Positions 29,901-40,700 of a DNA stretch of 64,000 nucleotides are shown here, piece after piece. The position numbers and the translations under genes are program-made. A model generated the notes under the pieces. That model saw nothing but the letters and a program-made list of their open reading frames with translations. It did not search any database and was not told the origin of the DNA. The stretch comes from Mobula hypostoma. Its lineage: Eukaryota. Positions within the stretch are counted from its first letter, which is position 1; each line of letters starts with the position of its first letter. Location: assembly GCF_963921235.1 (NCBI RefSeq), contig NC_086117.1, positions 18,166,001-18,230,000 on the forward strand, given 5' to 3'.

Positions 29901-32900
29901 CTCTTGGATGGATAAATGCCAGGAAGGAGATTCAGGGAGGGACAGGTTCAAAAGTGAATTACAGAAAGATTAACCATGAGTTGTATATATTAAAAAGCTT
30001 GTTTCACGAATGTCCTTCAAGAGAGGAGATTGTCAACCGCAAGTGTGGTTCAGGACTCATTGATGTGATGGAGTGTCAGCTGCCTTCTCAGTTCATGGGC
30101 AAGTAGTGGTAGACAGCGAACATTGACATTGTCTACAATCTCCACATCCATTGATGGACTAAATTGAAATAAACTGGGCTTTTTCTGCATTGTATTTGTT
30201 CATTACTTACCTACTGCCAGTTACACTGCTGGTGTTTAGAGCAGCAATGAAAATCCTCCATCTCTGGCAGTGTCCAAGGCTTCCTTCATCGTGTCAGTAG
30301 CTTCCTCTCAGCTTTCACTACTGTCAGTGATACAAGTCCCGGGTGGAGGCTCGGGAATACCATCACACTCAGATGTAGAAGGATTCTTCATTGCTGGTTC
30401 TGTAACAGTTTTGTTTGACCAGTCAGGGTTGTTAGCCCTGAGCTGAACCCCCTGAAACTAGAGGACTGGTGGTCCATTTTTTGTCAGGCCTCGACCCTTT
30501 GACCTCTTTGGCATAGGTGACCTTGCCAAGAGCCAAAGCATAAAGCCCCGACTGCAGCCAGCATCGCTCTCCGGGTCACTGAGGCAGGCAAGCCTCCAAA
30601 CCCAGCGGCAAGGTGTGGTCCTCTTGGAGGAGGTATCCATTAACGGAGGTAGTCCTGCCCATTATCAGCTTTACTTCACTCGATTTAATTCTTCACTTTG
30701 CTTGTTTCCCCTCTCGGCAGGTGCCCCTGTGTTTACCCTGAAACCCTTGGACACGGTGGCGGGGGTCGGCGACAGAGTTCTCCTGCACTGCCAGGCAGCC
30801 GGTGAGCCACCACCGGTGGTGGAGTGGACCCACAATGGACAGCCGGTCAGGGAGAACCAGCGGCTGGTGGTGCTCCCAAACTCAACCCTGCAGATCCTCT
30901 CGGCCGAGAGGGGAGACACGGGAGAGTACGAATGCGTGGCGCAGAATCTCATGGGTTATGCCTTTGTCAGAGTAACTCTAACTGTGCAAGGTGGGAATCT
31001 CGTTATTTATTTCGAGACACAGCACGTTAACCGGCCCTTCCTGCCCACCAAGCCCAATTACACCCATGTGACCAATCAACCTACTAATTAGTACGTCTTT
31101 GGAATGAGGGGGGAATCTGAAGCACACATGCAGTCACAAACTCCTTACAGTTCTCTTGAAGGGCCTGTTATATACATTCTCAAACACAATTGACCTGCGA
31201 TTCGAATGATGTTAGTTTGGCAAGCACAGGGATGTTATTGGTGACTGGGACTGCATGTGCTTCATAGGGGATTGAAGGTGGCGTTGCTTCACCTGTTTCA
31301 CTGTCTGGTGCCCTTCAGGAATGTAGAAGCGTAGAGCTGAACATAACAGAGAAGTGTGCAGGCAAAGAGTTGGCACAAAATATCTTCGGCAGAGAGGATT
31401 AGGGAAAGCCTCTAGGCATTGTTTGAACATAACATGGGCAAAAAGAATAACCAGGGAAAGAATAGGGCCGATTAGACACCAAAATGACCATCTGCCTGTG
31501 GAGCATGTAGAAAAGGTTTTAACTGAATATTTCAAATCTGCGTTCACTAAAGAAGACATTGCATTAGAGAACTTGGGGACAATGAAATTCAAGAACATAT
31601 TCTCATTAAAAACAAGGAGATATTAGATGTCTTCGTGACCCCATACATTGATAAGTCCCAAGGGTCCACTGAGATCTATACCATGAGGGAGGAGATTGTG
31701 GGCATTCTGAAAGAGATATTTAAATCTTCGCTGGCCACAGGTGAGGGGGCAGATATATGGACAACAGCAAATGTGGTCCCCTTATTCAAGGAGGGCAGCA
31801 GGGTCCAGACAGGCCTCTGAAACAAGCACCAGTGGTAGGGGATTATTGATAAGAAATCTGAGGGACTTGGATTGATCTGCACTTGGAAAGATAAGGATGA
31901 ATCGGAGATGGTCGGTATTTTGTAAGGAGAGGTCCTGTATGACTAGTTGAATTTTTCAAAGAGGAATGACAAAATCAAGTTACATTGAATCATCGAAAGG
32001 GGAATTCATGAGGTTGAGAGGAAAAGAGAAGTCTGCAGATGGCTGGGTAGAGAAGGTGTATGTTTGGGGCGCAAACATTGGCATGGTAAACCTGTGATTT
32101 TGAGTTATCTTCATACATTATATATAACTTCACATCCAGGATTGTTCTTTATAACCTCTCAAAAGGGTTTGCTGATGACACATACACTCTGTGGACACTT
32201 CATTAGTATTCTTGGTTATACATACACTCAGTGGACGGCAGTTGTGTGGGTGAAAACGCCATGTTAATGAGAGAGGTCAGGGGAGAACGGCCAGACTGGT
32301 TCGAGCTGATGTGAAGGCTCGAGTATCCACACGTTACAACAGCGGTGTGCAGAACAGCATCTCTGAACACACAACACGTCGAACCTTGGAGTGGGTGGGC
32401 TACAGCAGTGGTCCCCAACCTCCGGGCCGCGAAGCATGCAGGGGCGCAGCGGTAGCCAGAGCGCACACAGCACATCTGTAAGAAAAAAGCCGAAATAAAT
32501 AAGCTAATTAATTAGGTGCCACCCAGAAGCCGGTCTTCATTAGAGGAACTGAGGTGGAGAGGGTCAATAACTTTAAATTCTTCGGCATTAAGGATCGACA
32601 TTTCTCTCTCTGAAAAGTGTCAGAGGATCTGTCCTGACACCAGCACGTGACTGTCATTACAAAGAAAGCACGGCAGCGCCTATACCTTATTAGAAGTTTG
32701 TGTAGATTCAACATGTCCCCTCGATCCTGACAGCCCTGTCTTTTCAGCCTGTCTGGGCTGGCGCTTAAATTGACCAAACAATGGAACAGCTAAAGGCTCC
32801 AGCGCCTTGGAAAGAGGAGTGAGCATCGTGTAGAGCAAGTGAAATCCGCAATCGCCTCTGGTCTGGGCCGACATTTATGTGCCGGGTGGCACCTAATTAA

Positions 32901-34733
32901 TTAGCTTGTTTATTTCGGCTTTTTTCTTAAAGATGTGCTGGGTGCTCTCCGGCTACCGCTGCACCCCTGCACGCTTCGCGGCCCGGTATCGGTCCGCAGC
33001 CCGGAGGTTGGGGACCACTGGACAGCAGCAGAAGACCACAAACATACACTCAGTGTATGTTATTAGTGTACTCACTGTACTTTATTGGATATAGTGGCCA
33101 CTTTATTACACTGGTACATGGAGCTTAGAAAAATAGGGGGCTATGTGGTAGGGAAATTCTAGGCGGCTTCTAGAGTAGGTTACATGGTCAGCACAACATT
33201 GTGGGCTGAAGGGCCTGTAATGTGCTGTAGATTTCTATTTTTCTATAGTAGGTACCTAAGTAAGTGGCCACTGAGCATATACTCTGCCCTTCTATCATTC
33301 CAGCCAGTTAGAATGTAAGACATAGGAGATAAATTAGGCTCTTTGATACATTGAGTCTGCTCTAGCATTCAATCATTATTATCGTTCTCAACCCCATTCT
33401 CCTGCCTTCTCTCCATAACCCTTGATGCTCTTTCTCTTTCCCCAGTGCATGGAGGGTTCTCCGAGTGGTTAGACTGGGGGCCGTGCAGTGTCACCTGCGG
33501 CAGAGGTGTAGAAGAGCGAATCCGACTGTGTAACAACCCCTCACCTGCCAATGGAGGGAGATCATGCCATGGAGTGGATGTTGAGTCAAGACAATGTAAC
33601 GCAGATCCTTGTCAAGGTAAATATAAAGAGCCACCATTGGTTTATAATGGCCTCTTGGTTAAAGTATAATTCAAGTGACCAAGGCTTATACACTATAGGT
33701 TTTCTACATCCCAACTCTGCTCAAATTGGTGGTAGTTGTTGAGAAAGGTTCAAAAGCTTGTTTTATAGCGCCATCTACTGGCCTGAACTGCAACAACATC
33801 ATTGTGGGGCATCTGTTCACACCTTGGATTTCCTTTCTAAATGTTTACATGGTGTTAAACACAAGAGATTCTGCAGGCGCTAGAAACCCAGGGTAGCGCA
33901 CACAAAACACTGGAGAAACTCAGCAGGTCAGGCAGCATTTATGTGTTGTGTGTCCAAAGATGATGAACAGAAATCGAGAAGTTGGATACAGTCGAGTGCT
34001 TTAAATAAAATGTGGCGTTATGCACTTAGTATCTTACCCTTTTCTCTTTTGGAGGTGCTGATATTGACACCTCAAGAAGATAGCAGCAATCTTTAAGGAC
34101 CCCCACCAGCCAGTACATGCCCCCTTCTCACTACTACCATCAGGGAGGAGGTACAGGAGCCTGAAGACACACATTGTGTTTTAGGGACAGCTTCTTCACC
34201 TCTGCCATCAGATTTCTGAATGGTCCATGAACCTATGAACACTAATTCACTATATTAGCTTCCTTTTTGCACTATTTAGTTGTTATTTTATATATATTTC
34301 TTATCGTCATTTATAGTATATTTCAAGTGTATTTTATATACCACTGTCATAAAACAACAAATTTCACAGCACCAGGAAATCTGCAGATGCTGGAATTTCA
34401 AGCAACACACGTCAAAGTTGCTGGTGAACGCAGCAGGCCAGGCAGCATCTCTAGGAAGAGGTACAGTCGACATTTCGGGCCGAGACCCTTCGTCAGGACT
34501 AACTGAAAGAAGAGCTAGTAAGAGATTTGAAAGTGGGAGGGGGAGGGGGAGGTCCGAAATGATAGAAGAAGACAGGAGGGGGAGGGATGGAGCCAAGAGC
34601 TGGACAGGTGATTGGCAAAAGGGATATGAGAGGATCATGGGATGGGAGAAAGAAAAGGGGAGGGGGGAAACCCAGAGGATGGGCAAAGGGTATAGTGAGA
34701 GGGACAGAGGGAGAAAAAGGAGAGAGAAACTAA

Positions 34734-34764
<31 letters not shown>

Positions 34765-37700
34765 CGGATGGTTTATGAGGGGGAGGTGAGGCATTAGCAG
34801 AAGTTTGAGAAGTCAATGTTCATGCCATCAGGTTGGAGGCTACCCAGACGGAATATAAGGTGTTCTTCCTCCAACCTGAGAGTGGCTCCATCTTGACAGC
34901 AGAGGAGGCCATGGATAGACATATCAGAATGGGAATGAGACGAGGAATTAAAATGTGTGGCCACTGGGAGATCCTGCTTTCTCTGGTGGACAGATTTCAC
35001 AATATTTCAGTGGTAATAAACCTGACTCTGATTCTGTTGCAAGGGACAGGTTTAATGTCTGGCTGAATTCCTCAGATACCTAACATCCCTGTTCAATCGC
35101 AAACTTCACCAGGAATTGTCAGTAACAGGACTTTAGAACTGGTCCTGACCTTGTCCACACCAAGAGCACACCTTCCAACAAGAGGTAGGTGGGGTGGGGG
35201 GGGGGGGTTGGATGTCAGACTGATCTCTGATAGGTTCAGTCGGAACCAATCTGGTATCCTCCTGCTCTGACGTCACTGGGAGTACAGCCAGTGTTCGCGG
35301 TTCCCAGCAGGCATCTGTTGAGCCGCTGAAAGATTCTGATTGGTCACCGATTCCCTGTCAGTTAGTGGGCAGTGGTCCGGCTGGGGTCTGTGGTGAGAAT
35401 GTTTCAGGTCACTGGCATGTGGAATTGCAGTAACCCACTCCCGGAATTCTGTCTTCTGTCTTCAGTAGATTTAGTAGCCACAGGTCCAAAGTTCAAAGTA
35501 AATGTAGCATCAAAATACATATATGTCGCATATATGTAGTATATATATATAGTAATACATATAGTATATCAAATACATATACTACCCTGAGATTCACCAT
35601 AGAACAAAGAAATACAACAGAATCAATTAAAAACTACACACTAATCAAAGATGAACAAACAATCAAAATAAGACAAGCTGTGCAAATACAATGATAATAA
35701 TAATAATAGATGGATGGATGATACTGAGAACATGAATTGCAGAGTACCTGAATGTGAGTTGTAGGTTGTAGAATCAGTTCAGTGTTCAGGTAAGTGACGT
35801 TGTCCACGCCGGTCTGGCGCCTGATGGTTGCAGGGTACGTATTGTTCTTGAACCTGTTGCTGTAGGACCTAAGGCTCCTGTACCTCCTTCCCGATGGCAG
35901 CAGTGAGGAGAGAACAGGGCCTGGATGGTGGGGGTCCTTTATTATGAATGCTGCTTCTTGAAGCAGTGTTCCTTCTGCTTAAAGGTCAGTCGGTAACTAG
36001 CCGACAGATAATGGAGATGGTACAAGCTTGTGTAGAGCAGATGCAGTTGGTGCTGCTGACTGCCCAGGATATGCATTCCCAGTCTTAGCCTTAGTACAGC
36101 TAGGGTGGACCCTGGGGGGGCAGATATTCCAGGAAGAGAAACCTGCAGGTTTGGTCTCTTCCAAACTCCACCCTCTGAGACTCTGCAGATTGTTGTTGAA
36201 TCTCAGGAGCAGGTCCGGTAGAGTTCCTGCAGTTCTTTGCATGGCCTTGGGATGTCCGTGACAGTACATTCTTTGAAGTACAGTCACTCCTGGGATATCG
36301 CTGACGTGGCAGCCAGCTTGTGCATTGCAAGCCCCACAAGCAGCAATCAGTTTGAGAGTCACCCAGAGAACGTTCAGTGACAAGTGGGCGACACCATAGC
36401 CGGGAGGGATGAAGGAGATCAGAATCACAATCAGGTGCATTATACGTCATGAAATTTGTTGCTTTGTGGCCGCAATGCAAGAAATAAAAATGATTATAAA
36501 TTATAAGACAAATAAATATGCAAAAGAGGAATAGCAAGTTCGTGAACTGTTCAGAAATCTGGAAGATGAAGATGAAACTGTTCCTAAAACGTAGAGTGGG
36601 GGAGGTTGGGCTTCAGGCTCCCTGATGGGAGAAACGGGAAGAGGGCATGTTCCGGATAGTGAGGGTCCTGAGAAACGGGAAGAGGGCATGTTCCGGATAG
36701 CGAGGGTCCTGAGAAACGGGAAGAGGGCATGTTCCGGATAGCGAGGGTCCTGAGAAACGGGAAGAGGGCATGTTCCGGATAGCGAGGGTCCTGAGAAACG
36801 GGAAGAGGGCATGTTCCGGATAGTGAGGGTCCTGAGAAACGGGAAGAGGGCATGTTCCGGATAGCGAGGGTCCTGAGAAACGGGAAGAGGGCATGTTCCG
36901 GATAGCGAGGGTCCTGAGAAACGGGAAGAGGGTATATTCCGGATAGTGAGGGTCCTGTGAAACAGGAAGAGGGTATGTTCCAGATAGTGAGGGTCCTTAG
37001 TGATGGATGCTGCCTTCTTGAGGCATTGCCTTTTGAAGGTGTCCTTGATGACGGTGGTGTAGTGGTTAGCACGACGCTTCACAGTACAGGTGACCCGGGT
37101 TCGATTCCCACCACTGCCTGTAAGGATTTTGTATGGTTTCCCCTTGACCAGCGGGTGCTCCAGTTTGCTCCCACAGTCCAAAGACGTACCGGTTGGTAGG
37201 TTAATTGGTCACTGTAAATTGTCCCGTGTTTGGGCTTGGAATAGATCGGGGGATTGTTGAGTGGCGCGGCTCGAAGGGCCGGAAGGGCCTATTCCGTGCA
37301 GTACCTTAATGAATAAAATGAGGAAAGTTGTGCCTGTGATGGAGCCAGCTGGGTTTACAAGCCCTGCAGTCTTTTACCATCCTGCACATTGGCACCTCCA
37401 CACCAGGAGGTGATGTAACCAGTCAGAATGCAATCCCCTATGCAGCTGTAGGTTTTGCAAGGAGTCTTCGGTGACATACCAAATCTCCTCCAGCTCCTAT
37501 TGAAGAAGAGCTGCTGGTGTGCTGGCTTCGTGGTTGCAGCAATGTGTTGGACCCAGGATGGACCTTCTGAGATGGTGGTGCTGTTAACCTGGAGGTACTG
37601 ATGGCGTTGCTTTGTCTTGGCAGTGAATGGGAGCTGGGCTTCCTGGAGCTCCTGGAGCCCGTGCAGTAGGACCTGTGGGGGCGGGCAGAGCAAGCGCTAC

Positions 37701-40700
37701 CGATCGTGCAGCAACCCACCTCCGGCCTGGGGCGGCAAGGCTTGCTCAGGGCCCGATGTACAGATGCAGAGATGTGGCATGGAACTGTGCCCAGGTGAAT
37801 GGAGGGGGGGGCAAGATGGGCGACAGGGTGGCGACAGAAATGATCGAGGGAGGGATGGTGGGATGGTGAGATTGGGGGAAGCAATGGCAGGAAAGTGGGA
37901 AGGGGGTGGTGAGGGCCTGGTCGGGGGAGGGGCTGTGGAGGAATGAAAAGGTTGGGGTTGAGGGGAATCAGAGAGAGGATATTTAGATGGAAGAATAGTA
38001 AGGTGGTGAGGTTGAGTAGGAGAATGGTGAGCAGTGGGGGAATGGTGGGTTTGTGGAGAGGTTAGTGGGGTTGGTGAATTGGTGAAGTGGGAATGGTTGG
38101 GAAAAAGGGAATAGTTGGGGGGGAGAGGAACAGTCGGAGAGGGGAACAGTAAGGGGAAGGGGAACGGTGGGGGGCGGGGGAGACGGTGGGGGGCAGGGGG
38201 AACAGTTGGGGGAAGGGGAATGGTCGGGGAGAGGGGAACATAGCATGAACATTGACTTTTCAAACTTCCGCTAATGCCCCACCTCCCCCTTGTACACCAT
38301 CAGTTATTTATTTATTTATATACACACATTCTTTTTCTCTCTCTCCTTTTTCTCCCTCTGTCCCCCTCACTATACCCCTTGCCCATCCTCTGAGTCCCCC
38401 CCGCCCACTTTTCTTTCTCCCTGGGCCTCCTGTCCCATGATCCTCTCATATCCCTTTTGCCAATCACCCGTCCAGCTCTTGGCTCCATCCCTCCCCCTCC
38501 TGTCTTCTCCTGTCATTTTCAAATCCCTTATTAGCTCTTCTTTCAGTTAGTCCTGATGAAGGGTCTCGGCCCGAAACGTCAACTGTACCTCTTCCTAGAG
38601 ATGCTGCCTGGCCTGCTGCGTTCACCGGCAACTTTGATGTGTGTTGCTATCATTACCATATCTTCAACTGCAGACCGACAGCCATGTGTTGGGCTGTAAG
38701 CGGCAGTCTGTCATGGCCCAACAAGTCACTCTGCCAAAGGAAAAATTAGTAATTAAGGGTCAAAGATCAACTGTACTCGCCATACATTTACAGTGTAGGA
38801 ATTTGTTGCGGTGTGTTGGTGGGACATGTAACAAAAGCACCATCATCAGCAATTATAAAGAATTATATAAAAATAAAGTCAGATGTTAAAGTACAGATCT
38901 GGAATAAAATGTGCTTCAGTACATAAATACCAGTATGTATTTACAATATAAACAGCATAATTGGAAGTGGTGTAAAGTGCTTACAGTGCAGTGACTGAGA
39001 TAATAAATAGAGGGGGGTGGGGAGGCTAACTAGAAAGGTTGACCAGATTAACTGCTTGGGGGAAGAAACTTTTAAGATGGCATGAAGTTTTTTTTTTAAT
39101 AGCCCTATAGCACTTCCAGAAGGGAGCTTTTTTGGAAAAGGTAGTTAGCTGGGTGGGTAGTCACTACAATGATTTTTTCTCCTACCATTCATCCCTCCCC
39201 ACTAATCTTCCTCCTGGCACATATCCTTGCAAGCGACCAAAATGCTACACTTGCCCATTCACTTCCTTCCTCACCCCCATTCAGGGACCCAGACAGTCCT
39301 TCTAAGTGAGGCAACACTTCACCTGCGAATCTGTTAGGGTCGTCTTTTGTATCCGGTGCTTCCAGAAAGCAGCTTTTGGATAAGGTTTGTCGGGTGGGTA
39401 GCGTCAACAGTGGGTTTTTTCCTGACCATTTCCTTGTCCTGGACACATGCAAGTCCTGCAGTGATGGTAGACTGTGGCCTAGGGTAAATCCCAGGGTAGA
39501 GACATCCCAAGATCAAATAGAAGTTAAACTTGGGGGCTGTAGTTGTACGGACCAAGTGTAGAAGACTGGGATTTACAGTTCTGTTTCCCCATTTTGTTAA
39601 CTGTTGATTGTGTGAACATTGTCTGTGGCAGTGAATGGAGCGTGGAGTCCCTGGCAGCAATGGAGTGAGTGCTCAGCCTCCTGCGGAGGGGGCAAGCAAC
39701 TGAGGCAACGGCGATGCAACAGTCCTCCGCCGAATGCCAAGGGAAGACCCTGTCCCGGAGAGAGCGCTGAGTCTGTCAGCTGCGGCCTGCGTTCATGCCC
39801 AGGTGTGTGAGAGTGTGTGAAGCAGTGGGCCAACTTGTACACACGGCAGGCCCGGCTTCCATTCTCGTATGTTAGTGTGTCTGCAGGGAAGTAAGCCGGG
39901 ACCAGTTTCTATCCAAGCGTTATCGGCTTTGAGTTAGACTCCTATAGACTTTAATCCATGATCCAGGCCAACGTTCCCACAACAGGCCTAAGCGGATAGG
40001 AACTGTTAACTATTGTAAAAATGACACACTAAGGACATAAACAAATAGAAGAAACAATTTGTTTTGTCACATGGTTCTCATTCATAATAACATCATTTCT
40101 GATTTTACAGATGAACCCAATTGCCCACCCAATCTTCTTTCAGGTCCATGAGTTTTGTTTTCTGTCGGAGAGGGAACATCAACTCAGACCATGAGAGGCC
40201 TGCGTCGGGCATTTTCATGCCTTACAAGGCGCAGATTGGAACCCTGTGTGGGACGCCACTCCTCACACAGACACTAGAGCAATGTGTGGTTAAGTGCCTT
40301 GCTCAAGGACACAAACACGCTGCCACAGCTGAGGCTCGAACTAGCGACCTTGAGATAACTAGACGAACGCCTTAACCACTTGGCCATGTGCCCAACAGGT
40401 GTTTTCTGTTGACTGCACATCAACATTTCTGTATTGTCCACTGACATGGATATTTCAAAAGATCCCAGTCTCCCGATCTAGACATCAACTAGTTATAGTC
40501 TCTCAATGGTGGGAGACTTAAGGAAACTATGTTGACTTTGGCCTATTTTATCATGTGCCCCCAAGTTTCCTGACACCTCAACCTTATAGTGGGCTCTACC
40601 ATCTTTCCAAGCGGTGAAGTCAGGCTCACTGGCCGATAATTTCCTTTTTTTCTGCCTCCCTCCCTTCTTAAAGCGTGGAGCAACATTCTGGGTGTTTGAA

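Noticed and set aside
37052-37125. tRNA gene-like sequence (also about 61695-61765)
   Set aside because: A and B boxes continue into multi-copy SINE bodies and tails (with a TSD at 61689); these are SINE heads.
36501-37181. 226-aa and 162-aa repetitive minus-strand ORFs
   Set aside because: By-product of the stop-free 41-bp minisatellite plus LINE and SINE sequence.
37697-38263. 188-aa proline-rich minus-strand ORF
   Set aside because: Antisense translation of the G-rich low-complexity tract.
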